Of a DNA stretch of 64,000 bases, positions 25,601-37,990 are shown in pieces. Position 1 is the stretch's first letter. Each line of letters starts with the position of its first letter. The notes under the pieces were generated by a model. The model was not told where the DNA came from and did no database searches. It worked only from the letters and a program-made list of their open reading frames with translations. The position numbers and the translations under genes were made by a program. Origin of the DNA: Heptranchias perlo (taxonomy: Eukaryota); the NCBI RefSeq assembly GCF_035084215.1, contig NC_090363.1:5952001-6016000 (forward strand), written 5' to 3'.

Positions 25601-28600
25601 TGTGTCCACGCCCAAGTCCGATATCAACCGCTAAAAAGAGAAGACAAGGGCTCTTTTTCAATTTGTCACCAAGGCATGAAAATGGCAAAGAGGATTATCG
25701 GCCCATTATAAAACCCACCAGATTTTCATCCCATTGAAATCAATGGAAATGAAAATCTGCAAGTGAAGAGGAAAATTTACCGCAGGGAGATAGATGGAGA
25801 AGCTTACAATGCGATAAGTCTTCATTTCAATGCAGGTAGAATGCAGTGACATGGGAAAAACGAGCAGGGTGGTGCATTTGCAATTTAAGAGGAAGGAAGG
25901 GGGAATGTAATGAAAGTAACACACGAACTTACCTCTGAAGAGCAATACAAGCTGTAAAAAAGGGCAAAACACACAATCATGAAATGATTATATCTGAATG
26001 CATAATGATGATTTCGTTTGCAATTTCATACCCTGATAATTACCATCTATGGTGTTTCTATGGAAGTATAATTTGCCAAAAATGTGTGCCATAAAACAGC
26101 ATAATCAGTAATAAACATGAACATGGCATATACTGGCAAACATGCCATTGTCCTAAAGAGGTACCAATCACGGTTCTTCATACTTTCCAATTTCAGGCTA
26201 AAACATTTGTTATTAATAACCCATTCCACCCATCCACCTCCTATATGGACATCTTACAACCACCCCACCCCCACCCGCCCCACAGCTGATTGGATCCTAG
26301 ATGAACAAGGAAACCACAGGGCCCCTACTGCCAATCTAATCGCCCACATGGGCAATGTGTTGCCCAAACCTCGCTGACACCTCGGGGTATTTTGCTCTGT
26401 GCTCGCCGCCTCCACCCTCGTTTTTTTTCTGCCCCTTAAAGTGCCAATCGCAATCGCCTACCCAAAAGTCCAAACAAACTCTGATCCACTTTTTCTGCTC
26501 GATATGAGCCTCTCAACAGGTTGCCCCCGACAACCGACAGAGCTACCACAATGAACATAACTATAATATACATAGTGTAGGCATCTGAAAGCATCACCCA
26601 ATATATTGCAAACAATTTTACAACACCAAGTTATAGTCCAGCAATTTTATTTTAAATTCACAAGCTTTCGGAGGCTTCCTCCTTCCTCAGGTAAATGTTC
26701 AGGAGCTCCTTGAAGCCTACGCATCCTGAACATTTACCTGAGGAAGGAGGAAGCCTCCGAAAGCTTGTGAATTTAAAATAAAATTGCTGGACTATAACTT
26801 GGTGTTGTAAAATTGTTTACAATTGTCAACCCCAGTCCATCACCGGCATCTCCACACCAATATATTGCGACCAAAGAAAATAGGCAAACCTGGCTCAATT
26901 CAATGAATAAAAATTATAAACTGAAGTTCATAACCCATTCCCTCAGTAATCAACCCTTTTTAATTTCATTGCCACTACCTAAAATTGGCAATGGATATCA
27001 AATGGGATTGGGAATGATCGACCTGAACTGGTGAACATGTCAATGCTAGTAATCAATTTGATTTATTCATTCTTGGGATGTGGGCGTTGCTGGCAAGCCT
27101 GGCATTTGTTGATCGTCCCTAGTTGCCGTTGAGAAGGTGGAGATGAGCCTTCTCTGTGAGCCACTGCAATCCTTGTGGGGAAGGTACTCCCACAATGGTG
27201 TTAGGCAGGTAGGAAGTTCCTGCATTTTGACCCAGCCATGATGAAGGAACAGCGATCCATGTCCAAGTCTGGACGGTGTGTGACTTGTAGGAGAACTTGG
27301 AGGTGATGGTGATCCCACGCACCTGCTGACCTTGTCCTTCTAGGTTGCGGGTTTGGGAGGAGTTGCCCAAGACGCCTTGGCAAGTTGCTGCAGTGCATCC
27401 TGTAGATAGTACACACTGCAGCCACGGTGAGCTGGTGGAGGGGGGAGTGGATACAATTGAACACGACTTTTTCAAGGTCATTTGGGTCATTCTGTTGAGG
27501 TTTGGCAAGCAATGTAAAGGTATTGGAGGGTGAAATGGCGCGGGGTATAAAACCAGCGTTGCATCCGATCCCATCAGTTTCCCAACGGATGGGTTAGCAT
27601 AAAATTACCCCCCAGAGTTCAGGACACTACTAAGGTTTAAAGGGGGGGGGGTAAATAAATAAATAAAGGTTATAAAAGTCTGGAGATTGCAGATGGATAG
27701 GAAGACTGAATGAGGTGGAGTCCATTGGTTTTTAAGTCCTCGGAAACAAGATGAGTTGGAGAAGGACAGGACAGCAAATATCTTCATTTGAAAACAATGG
27801 GGATATCAGGAGGAGGAAAGCCATGCATTTAAACCTTAACAGAGACAATAGACCAATTGCAATAGTAGTAGCAATAATAATAGATAAAATATATAAAAAT
27901 ACCTTTATTTCGTTGGACGAGACGCACGGACACTATAATTAATGAAATGCAAAGCAGTGCTATCACTCCAGCCGCCACTCCAATGAATCTGATGCTAATG
28001 GAGCTGCAAGTTTTTCCTGTTTGAGAAGCACCTGATATGATAATCGGAAGAAAAGTCAGACAAGCATTGGTGCCTCAGCAAACGAAGACCTACTCTTTCT
28101 GTGTACATGCCATTAAAATAAAGGTGGCTGTTTTATAATAATGGAGAGGGATTAGTAAGTAAGGAGCAATGGTCTTTATTGGTGTATTTACGCCGATTTA
28201 CTACAGAGCTGGAGAGCGATTGAAAAGATGGTTGGGTGGAAAATTAGTCTTAGGCGGTAGAGCAAAGCAGGCGGTATCGAATCGACCGCCCGTTATAGGC
28301 CTTGCTCGATATTCAGTCCCATTCACTTCAATGGGACACTGAATATCGGACGGTGCTTATAATGGGCGGCTGATTCGATGAGGCCTGAGACGAATTTCCA
28401 GCCCAGTGGGAGAAACATAAGGGGGTAATTTTTCTATTCCTACACCTGCCGCTTTTAGATTACTTGGGCACGGGAAATAAAGGAAAACTCGGAGGGGATC
28501 CCAGGCCATTAAGGAAGCCCGTCCGATACGCCGTACATTTAAATCAATGGATGGGAAATCAGGCCGGTCTCCCTTAGGGACTTACGTTCCTTCCAGTTTG

Positions 28601-31286
28601 ATTATCCTGTTTTGATGGATCCAAGCTACCCAATAGCCCTAGGCACAGGAACAGGATCGCCTGTCCCTGCTCTGTCCCCCTGTGTAGCTACATCCGAAAT
28701 GGGTTTCTGAAGATTTCCTTAGATTGGCATTTCTAGCGAAATGGTAAACTGAGGGAGGGTGGGGGAGCTTTGCTCAGTGCTGCTGCACTGAAATCTGAAC
28801 ACCTTTATCATATCACTGCACTGAGACCACAGTCTCTCCGGCTTTTTTTTCCCCAAACGTTAGGATTTTATAGATAGAGCCATCTTTTACCACTGAAGGG
28901 TGAAATACGAAAAGGGAGAGGAATTGAAAGTGAGCTTCCTCTTCGTGTATCTGTGACAGGGCACACAGACACACTCACACAAACACACACACATAGGGAC
29001 ACACACAGACACGTACACGCACAGACACACACTGTCACACAGACACAAAGGCACACACATGAAGAGATACACACACAGAGACAACAACAACTTGCACACA
29101 TATAGCAGCTTTAACGTAGTAAAACGACCCAAGGCGCTTCACGGGTGTGCTATCAAACTAAATTTGACACCGAGCCACATAAGGAGATATTAGGACAGGT
29201 GATCAAAGAGTTAGGTCTTAAAGCAGAAGGGTGAAGTAGAGAGGTTTAGGGAGGGAATTCCAGACCTTAGGGCCTAGACGGCTGAAGGCACGGCCGCCAA
29301 TGGTAGAGCAGCAGGGCACACACACAGACACACACGGGAATGCTCAATCAAAATTAATCCAATGTTCTTACGCATCACGGTAACGATCGTCCCTTGACCC
29401 TTTGTCTTTCTGTCCATTACATCCAGTACGCAATAATACGTCCCAGAATCACATTCTGTAAGGTCCTTGATCCGCAGAGATAGCTTCAATATTTGCTTGT
29501 TTTTGGCGTCTCTTTGGATTACATTTACTCTTTCGCTGTACATTGATATGATTTTTGATATGTGTATGTCAAATTTTAGCCACTCATAGACTTTAGGCCC
29601 AACGAAATCGATGGTACAATTAATAGTCACATTCTGACCTTCAACGAGCGCCACTGAAAGAGGTGTCTGCTGTACATGGAGATTATTTGAGTAAACTCCT
29701 GTTACAAATAAAACAGAATAAAGCTTTCAGTGTCATAATTCGTTACTCTTCCGTGACACTTCCATATACTAATTGACCTTATCAAGATTTTTTTTTATTT
29801 AACTCGTCTCTTCCTTTCATTTTTTTTCTTCTCCTGAAGGTACTAAGTCAAACTGGAGTGGCACCAGCACCTCTCCCTCTCCTGGCACCACGGCCGTCCT
29901 TCATGTTTGGTGCCGGACTACTGGTTTTTCTAAACTTTTCTGTAAGGGGGGTCCTGAAAATAGAAATGTACACCTTGGACGCAGCCGTTATAACTTCTAA
30001 GTTAAAATTCGCGTTGGGCGGTAATGCAAACAGACGGCATCACATCAGCCGCCCGTTACACTCCCCGCCGATACTAAGCTCCAATGACTTCAATGGAGGC
30101 CCATGCGTTATGCTCGATTTGCACCAGCGTTCAGGATTCTACCTTAGTGTCAGCGAGCCAAAGGAAAGCGGTGCTCTCCATGGAAAGGTCGATGCAAAAA
30201 TAGCGTAGGACCAATGGAACTCATGTCAAGAAAAATGCAACAATCTGAGGACATGCGGACAGAAATGGATACTAAGGAGCTTTTTCCATGGATACTAAGG
30301 AGCTTTTTCCCTTCGTTGAGGGTTCTATAACAAGGGGACATAGATTCAAGGTAAAAGGCGGGAGGTTTAGAGGGGATTTGAGAAGGAACTTTTTCACCCA
30401 GAGGGTGGTTGGAGTCTGGAACTCACTGCCTGAAAGGGTTGTGGAGGCAGGAACCCTCACAACATTCAAGAAGCATTTGGATGAGCACTTGAAATGCCAT
30501 AGCATACAAGGCTACGGACCAAATGCTGGAATATGGGATTAGAGTAGACAGGGCTGATGGCCGGCGCGGACACGATGGGCCGAAGGGCCTCTATCCGTGC
30601 TGTATAACTCTATGACTCTATGAGAAATGGAATGAACTCAGGGACTCCCTGGAATCTCCGGCTAAACGCGCTGGAGTTCGGGAACCCTAGTTTGAATATT
30701 TTGTTTGATTTCATTCTCAGCGTGTGGGTGTCTCCGGCTATTGCCCGTCCTTGATTGCCCCTTGAGAAGGTGGTGGAACCTCTTCTTGAACCTATCTTTG
30801 TCCTTGGACAGTGTGGGCAAACGGCACCTGAGTTTTACAATCCAGTCTCAGCTAATTCCTCCCTTATATACAGGCCCGTGTTTCCTAGGGAATAAAGTGA
30901 TCGCTATCCCAATTTTCCCTCGCTTGGTTCAGAGAGGAAAAGTCCAACGGTAGCACCCATCCTGCACCGGCTCGGGCCCACAAACGTACTGGACTGTTGA
31001 CCAAACCTGGGACTTTCCTGCTCTGTAATACTCTGCAATACATTTCTCCAACTAACCTTTCAATGGGGCGTTAGGACTCCATTAATAAGTTAACATGTCC
31101 CCGCTCTTCTAAAGTTTATATAGGCGATTGTAAACCTTTATGTAGCTCAGTTCCGAATACTCTATCCATCACATATCTGTTTCCATCCAATTAACAGAAA
31201 TTTTTGAATATAAACCTAGACTTACCACTGGCGAAGAGACACAACATTAGAATAAAGGCGGGAGTAGAACAAAAATCTATTGTCAT
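19508..31286 (-). CDS. Gene 2: NCR3-like single VJ-type Ig-domain receptor, paralog of gene 1, lacking a canonical ITIM (7 coding exons, ~243 aa)
   Basis: Exons 31286-31226, 29698-29372, 28031-27903, 25951-25933, 25310-25276, 22751-22717 and 19633-19508 are all GT-AG. Phases 1,1,1,2,1,0 are identical to gene 1, including a 19-nt exon 4, and give a continuous ORF ending ...DNAEYVHFGQPQATLP*. Confidence 0.86.
19788..19863. repeat. (GATA)n microsatellite, imperfect
   Basis: Direct reading. Confidence 0.85.
20205..21085 (+). mobile_element. CR1-type LINE 3' fragment
   Basis: Reads [15 protein letters not shown], with the (TTCTATGA)n tail. Confidence 0.85.
22717..25951 (-). CDS. Gene 2 cytoplasmic mini-exons 4-6 (25951-25933, 25310-25276, 22751-22717)
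   Basis: 19, 35 and 35 nt exons with strong acceptors and GTAAGT/GTAATT/GTAAGC donors. They read ACIALQR/QFVAFITEKST/ESVPSNQKGMHK. Confidence 0.78.
23610..23960 (-). mobile_element. CR1 3' end
   Basis: Same 3' UTR family as 20205-21085. Further copies at ~24665-24985, 33655-33920, 51050-51280 and 52020-52290. Confidence 0.7.
26610..26856. mobile_element. Penelope-derived inverted-repeat insertion in gene 2 intron 3
   Basis: Near-perfect inverted arms of ~95 bp; 12-bp TSD CCAATATATTGC (26598-26609 and 26857-26868). Confidence 0.8.
26732..26772 (+). ncRNA. Minimal type I hammerhead ribozyme motif (mirror copy on - strand at 26656-26696)
   Basis: AUUUAC-CUGAGGA-A-GGAGG(AAG)CCUCC-GAAA-GCUU-GUGAAU: stem I, conserved core, stem II and a palindromic stem III. 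Confidence 0.65.
27060..27480 (-). mobile_element. Diverged LINE 3' end (family of 13350-14780)
   Basis: Sequence similarity to 11298-11700. Confidence 0.7.
27903..28031 (-). CDS. Gene 2 exon 3, stalk + transmembrane
   Basis: Reads RASQTGKTCSSISIRFIGVAAGVIALLCISLIIVSVRLVQRNK. It ends ..N-K-G|GT in the same way as the gene 1 TM exon. Confidence 0.85.
29372..29698 (-). CDS. Gene 2 exon 2, VJ-type Ig V domain
   Basis: Reads LHVQQTP...EGQNVTINC...YEWLK...LRIKDLTECDSGTYYC...GQGTIVTV. Acceptor TTTGTAACAG, donor C|GTAAGA. Confidence 0.92.
30285..30625 (+). mobile_element. CR1 3' fragment
   Basis: Reads TRGHRFKVKGGRFRGDLRRNFFTQRVVGVWNSLP, with the (ACTCTATG)n tail. Confidence 0.85.
31226..31286 (-). 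CDS. Gene 2 exon 1, signal peptide MTIDFCSTPAFILMLCLFAS
   Basis: AAAATG start, hydrophobic core, G|GTAAGT donor. Confidence 0.82.
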
Positions 31287-32327
31287 TTTTCAGTCACTGG
31301 TCATCTATTCACAGTAAAGGCAGACAGCTGAGATCAGGGTATATAACCAGCCTGAGCGAAGCAAATAATCACATACAGTGCAGGCTAATGTTAATCGCAC
31401 GATGGGACCGCTAGATATAGAACAGGAAACAGATGACAGGATGCGAGAAGGCAACTTCCCAAATATGATCTCAATATGACACCATGTGAGAAAGCAACTT
31501 TCCAAACTTTCGAAAATACTTTGCCAAAAGGGCATAGATTTAAAATAAAATGCAAAGCTTTACATCTGATAGGGCTTCTTTTAAATTGGCTTGTTTTATT
31601 TGGTTGAATCTCAGTTTTTGTCCGGTTACACTCATGTGAAGCCTCTTGGGGCGTTTTACTACGTTAAAGGCGCCATTTAAATGCAAGTTGTTGTTGATGA
31701 TGAAGAAAACCCCTTCTATATCCTCTTCACAGTCTTAGCTTTAAGTATCTAACCTCCTCTATCTTCTGGTGCTTATACTCTGGCCTTATATTCTGGTGCT
31801 ACAGCTCGCTGCATTTGCCATAGCAAAATATCCATCCATTGCCAGATTTGAGGCAAGACCCTTCAAACTTACTGCAGTTTAAAAAGGATTCCAGTGAAAC
31901 GTCCAAACTTTAGTCACAAGAAACAAGATAAACTCCCGTGAGGCCATAGACAGGCGTTTTGTTCATCAAATTCTAAATATTTATTTATTGCAAGTTATTT
32001 TAAGGTAATTTTAGCATTAAAATCAACAAGGAATTGTCACATTTGGTCCAAACTGCGAGAATATACAAAAAAAACATAACGGATGAAGGTCACAAAGTGA
32101 AATTTATGTTTGTACCAAGCGAGATGCGAGTGAGCTCTGAAATTCAGCGGAAGTGTCAATGAATGGGCGCCTTTTTTCTGCATTTATGGGTCATTAAAGT
32201 GACGGTGTTGATGCCGTGGGATGGGACAGTTTCAACTTTGTGCACCCGGTGTCCTTATTAAACACTCCCGGATCAGGTATGGCACGCCGACTTGCAAAGT
32301 AAAGCATTCCCTACTTCTCCACATTTG

Positions 32328-32723
32328 TGGGGGCAATTTTAACCCAACTGCTCCGTCGGGAAACTGACAGGATCGGGTGCAATGTACACCCCGCCCGATT
32401 TCACTTTCCACTGAAGTCAACGGAGGTAACACCGGCGGGGTGTAAAAACGGCGTTCCACCCGTGAGTTTCCTAACCGGCCAGTTAGAAATTGGGGGTGAT
32501 TTTAACTCCCAAGAATAGATGGGTTGGGGGCGGGTGGGAGTTGAAAATAGTTGTTTTTTTGGGGCGCAACCGCAACCGGGTTTAACTTGGGCGTGTGAAT
32601 GTCCAGGCTTCCCACTGGAAATGCAAAGTCCAAAAATTTTGCAGTTGCAACCCAAAAAAACAATCCTTTTCAACTCCCACCTGCCCCCAACCCACCCGCT
32701 CTTAGGGGTTAAAATCACCCCCA
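32328..32723. mobile_element. Two adjacent palindromic MITEs
   Basis: GGGGCAATTTTAAC and GGGGTGATTTTAAC...GTTAAAATCACCCC termini. Another full copy at ~44326-44544. Confidence 0.7.
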
Positions 32724-34689
32724 TTGTGTCTTTGCCTCAATATCAGAAGCAGCAGCCTCAAATGGACTAATGTGATCATTTTCTATTCTCCACACCAGGC
32801 ATCCTTTTCACTTCTCTTGAGAATGACAACGTTGTGCAAATTAGGGGCCGTTTTGGTGGCATGAAGCCATGCCCATTATAAAATGGACCAAGGCTTCTCA
32901 AATCTGTTTGATATAATATCCATTACAGATCATGTGTTGAGTCAGAACCCTAAAGGCTGGGCTACAGCCCCTCAATATCGAAAGGACTAGGGGGCTAAAA
33001 AAAGATAAATTAATAGTGCTTATGTAAAGCAAAGCTTGGATTTCAAGAGACTGCAGAATGAAGGAAAGATTGAATGAAATAAGGAGCTCTGCAGTTTTGA
33101 AAATAAGAACAGGACAAGTAGGGAACAAGTTTGGGACAATGGAAAATAATGTCCTAGCCAGTGACTTCAAGTATGAAATGGAAGGCGTGGATAAGGGAGA
33201 GGAAAGCAGAGTCTGGCAATTATCCTAAGATAGTGGAGCATTCTTATAGAACTTAGCATTGTCTATGCATCTTAGCTCCTTAAAGTGTAGCCTTTTACTA
33301 TCCATTTTGTCATATATGGGCTAAAAGACTACACTTTTTTTGGAGTGTATTTAGATAACTATCCTTTAGTTGCACTCTGGCCTCTCAGTGAGAAGGTCAT
33401 GGGTTCAAGCCCCATTTCAGCACATAATCTATGCTGGAATTTGAGTATGGTACTGAGGGGGTGTCACTGTCAGAGGTATCGTCTTTTCTTATACACTGTC
33501 TGCCTGTGTGGGTGACCTAGATGATCCATGATACAATTTAAAGAAAAACAAGGAGTTCTCTTGGTGTTCCCAGCCAACTTTCCAAAAAATAAATTATCTG
33601 GTCATCTGTTACTTGGGATGTTTTTCAGGAACAATGTTCCAGGAACAATTTGCCAATGTTAAGGTAATTGGCAAAAGAGTCAGAGGCGATATGAGGTGGG
33701 GGTGGGTGGAATTAAACAGCGAGTTGTTATGATCTGGAACGCACTGCCTGAAAGGGCGGTGGAAGCAGATTCAATAATAACTTTCAAAACTTGAAGGGGG
33801 GGGAATTGAAAAGCTATGGAGAAAGAGCAGGGGAGTGGCACTAATTGTATAGCTCTTTCAAAGAGCTGGGAAAGGCACGATGGGATGAATGGCCTCCTTC
33901 GGTGCTCTATCGTTCTATGAGTCCCACTTTGCCCAAATTGGTTGTCCCGTTTAGCGACATCGCAGTGACTGCTCTTCAAAGGTAATTCATTGGTTTGGAA
34001 CCTCTCTGAGAACGCCAGAGGATCTGAATAACTGCAAATTATTTTTTTCTGTACCTTTCGCACTTAAAATGCCATCTCGTTCATGTGGTCAGCAATTAGA
34101 CTACACCGGCCGCCTTTCAGTTTTTGAGGGGGCGTGCATCCTGTTTATTAGCTGGTTTTGACATTTATCACATTAGTTGTCAGCGTTCGTTCAAAATCGA
34201 GATATAAATAAACCTTTTGGAGGTTACACCCAGAATGCTACACGCTCGAACTGGTGTGCATGTAGACTCCTTTCTTGTCCACATTGACTCGAAATGTATT
34301 AAGACTGTGAAGTGTTAACTATTATTCAACATAGTTAAGTTGCATTGTTTGTTCAACTGGCTGGTGTGCTTTGGAGGCCTGTTACATACACCAGATCGGG
34401 AAGGATACATTTGTGCACACGTATCTTCCATGCAATAGGAGGTACACTTTCTAGACCACTATTTATTGCATGAAGATAGAATCGAGACTAAATTACAATC
34501 GATGTTTTGACTGCATAATGTTAAACACACGCTGCATTTACTTTGTTCTATAATGAACACAATTGATTGGGTGTCTGGTCTATGTGAGGCAATTAGATAC
34601 ATACAGTATGTGGAACTGGACGACACAGTGGCCTTTTACCTCGTAGAATTGAATTCCATGTATTTAGTTAGGTATTTTGTACCTGTTAG

Positions 34690-37600
34690 CTATTCGGGTC
34701 CTGTGTGGATTTTGACTCCAGACCTCTTGAAGTGTCATAGCTTCAAGCCAAAGCTCAAGGAAACCATTGGTGCTCACGACTTACTGCCCTCCCCACTGAC
34801 TAATCAGTACCTCTCCATGTTGAACATCGCCTTGGGGGAACTCTGAGATGAGCAACGGCACAGAATGCACTCTGGGTGGGGGATTTTAATGTACACCACC
34901 AAGATTAGTTTGGTAATGCCACCACTGACCAAGCTGGCTTAGTCCTGAGGGATGTCACTCTTGACTGGGCCTGTATCAGGTAGAGATGGAACCGACACAA
35001 GGAAGTAACCTGCTTGGTCTCATCCTCACCCACCTATCTGTTTCAGACACATCTGCCCATGATAGTACTGATAGAGATGTAGAGATGTCCATGAAACAAT
35101 CCTTGTGAATACAAAGCCTTATCTTTACAATGAGGACATTCTCCATCATGTCGTGTGGCACTGATACCGTGCTAAGTGGCACAGACTAAGGACAAATCTA
35201 ACAGCCCAAAATGAGCAACCAGGAGGCACAATGAGTAATCAGCAGGAGCATAATTGTATACCCAGAACATCCTTCCTTCCTTCATTGTCATCAAGCCAGA
35301 AGACGACTCCTGCTTCAATATGGAGTGCACAAGGATGTGCCAGCATCAGCATCAGGTGGACCTTAGAAAGACCTATGAACCTAGTGAAGAGATAACTGCA
35401 TGCTAGGTATCTCTTCACCAGCAGTAGACTAAAGACAGAGTAAAGCAGTCCCATAATCTACAGATCAGAACATAGCTGTGTAGCCCTGCCACATCCAGTC
35501 TAGAATAGAGTTGGACAACCAGTCAACTAATAGGAGGAGGATGGCCTCATTAACATTACCATACCCAACCATGGCGGAGCCAGCAAGCTGCTGCAAGAGA
35601 CAAGCCTGCTGTGTTTCAACCAAAAGTGCCAGGTGCACCCTTCCAAAGTCCTCACTAGCATAGGTACCAGTGACCATCTAATTCGGTTCACTCCACATGA
35701 CAATAGAGAATGGCAGATTGCACTATGAACAACAAAGGCTATGGGTCCTGACAATATCCCAACTGTCTACTCGAGCTAGCTGCTACGCTGGCCAAGCTGC
35801 TGCAGTACAGCTATGAACCAATAAAGTGGAAGATTGCCTAAGCGTGTCCTCTTCACAAAACAGGAAAGTCTAACCCAGCCAGTTCAGTCCAAGCCCAATC
35901 TTCAGCAAGTAATGGACGGATGTCATCAATAATACCATCAAGCAGCACCTACTCAGGAATAACCTGCTTGCCAACACTAAGTTCAGGGTCATGATATTTT
36001 GGGAGTGTGGCGGGGGAAATCCTGTTGGGAAACCCGGAAGCAGAAGAGGAAGGAAGAAGACGTGAATAGGTAAGTGTTAGATGGGGGGTGTCATCAGAGG
36101 GGGGGGGTCGGGAGTCACTGAGGGGGGGGCTCAGTCGTTGGGTGTCACCGGGGGCGGTGAGGGGTCAGTTACTGAAGGGTCACTGGGGGGTCAGTTATGG
36201 AGGTCATTGGGGGGTCAGTCATCAAAGGGCTCAGTGATCGGAGAGGCGGCTCAGGGGGGCTCAGCCATCGGAGGGCTCAGTCATCAGAGGGGAGGTCATC
36301 ACAGGGGTCGGAGATCATGGGAGGTTGGAGATTGTGGGGGGGTCGGAGATCGTTGGGGGGGTCTATCGTGTTTGTAGGGTCATTACAGGTTGGCTTGTTG
36401 GACCTGGGGGAAGCACTCCTGCTTCTCTGGGACCACAAGCCGAGCTATAAAGACACTTACCTGCAGTTTTGGGCCTTTCGCCTCCTCTCACGTGGCGTGA
36501 AGCAGAAGGCCCGGGAATCCCGGCCCCCAGGGGTTAAAAACAAAAAAATCTGTCAAAATGGAGGCCCGCCACCTCCTTGAAAGTTTTTTAATGACCGACC
36601 TACCTCCTAAGAGCGGGTTGGTCACCTGCCCCTTGTCCCACCTCTGCGGAAACCGGAAATGGGCAGGGGGGAGGTGGGTTGGAGGCGGGTTTTAGACTTT
36701 TAAAATTTTTACAGCCCCATCGCCCCAAACCCACCGATTTTTCCCCATTTAAAATCATGCCCAGGTTTCACCAGAACGATTCAACTTTAGACCTTATTAT
36801 AGCCTTAATTCAGACATGGATTCAATGGCTGAATGTCGTCAAAGAGATGAGAGTAGCTTCCCTGGATATCAAGGCAGCACATAACCCAGCCTGGCACCAA
36901 GGAACCCTAGCAAAACTGAAGTCAATGGGAGTCAAAAGGAAAATGCTCCAGTGGCTGGAGTCAGACCTGATGCAAAGGAAGATGTCATGGTGGTTGGAGG
37001 CCGCTCATTGCAGCCCCAGTATCACTGCAGAAATTCCTCAGGCAAATGTCCTTGGCCCAACTATCTTCAGTTGTTTCATCAATGACTTATTCACCATCAT
37101 TCGCTGATGATTCCAGTGTTGAGCTGCATTCAAAACTCCTCCAATTATGAAGCAGCTCATGCTAGCCTACATTAGTAAACAATTTTACAACACCAAGTTA
37201 TGGTCCAACAATTTTATTTTAAAATTCACAAGCTTTCGGAGGCTTCCTCCTTCCTCAGGTGAATGTCAAGAAATCCTCGAACCTCTCGCATTTATAAATC
37301 ACAGAACAACATTAGGACCAATGTAGCAACCGGGCTTGGGCTGACAATATCATCCAGGACAGGGCAATTCACTTGATGGGTGCCCGTGCCATTGGACTCA
37401 GCATCCACCCCCTTCCACTAGGTCACACTGTGGCGGCAGTATGTATGATTGACAGGATGCATTGCACAGGTTCACCGGGAGCACCAATACATCCAAGTCT
37501 CACATCGATCTGACTCGGACTTAGATCTCTGTTCTTTCATCATCAAACCAATATCTGGAATTCCCTATCTACTCACCAAGGCTTCTTCGACAGCACCTCC

Positions 37601-37990
37601 CAAACCCTCGACCTCTACCACCTAGAAGGACAAGAGCAGCAGGCACATGGGAACAACACCGCCTGCACGTTCCCCTCCAAGTCACACACCATCCCGAATC
37701 GGAAATATATCGCCGTTCCTTCATCGTCGCTGGGTCAAAATCCTGAAACTCCCTTCCTAACAGCACTGTGGGAGAACCTTTACCACATGGACTGCAGTGG
37801 TTCAAGAAGGCGGCTCACCACCACCTTCTCAAGGGCAATTAGGGATGGGCAATAAATGCTGGCCTCGCCAGCGATGCCCACATCCCATGAACGAATAAAA
37901 AAAACAAGGGCTGCGGTGGTTCAATGAGAAGGCCCACCACCACTACCTTCTCAGGGCAACTAGGGATAGGCAATAAACTCGACCTTGCCG
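34690..37990 (+). mobile_element. Old degraded LINE interrupted by a TIR element (~35987-36762), a Penelope fragment and a younger LINE 3' end
   Basis: RT motifs (LDIKAA, PQANVLGPTIFSCFIND) resume after the GC-rich TIR insert. Confidence 0.7.
37176..37308 (-). mobile_element. Penelope terminal-repeat fragment inserted in an older LINE
   Basis: Same sequence as the 26610 arm; flanked by the direct repeat ACATTAG. Confidence 0.7.

Noticed and set aside
27730-27933. Alternative hydrophobic frame IKVFLYILSIIIATTIAIGLLSLL on the - strand as a gene 2 TM exon
   Set aside because: It needs a phase-0 acceptor while the V exon ends in phase 1. The 28031-27903 exon fits the phase and matches the paralog.
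4144-29698. Rearranging Ig/TCR V segments
   Set aside because: The J-like G-x-G-T strand is germline-joined in the same exon, no heptamer/nonamer RSS is seen next to either exon, and there is no C domain.
36081-36580. Gly-rich ORFs
   Set aside because: Low-complexity interior of a TIR element.
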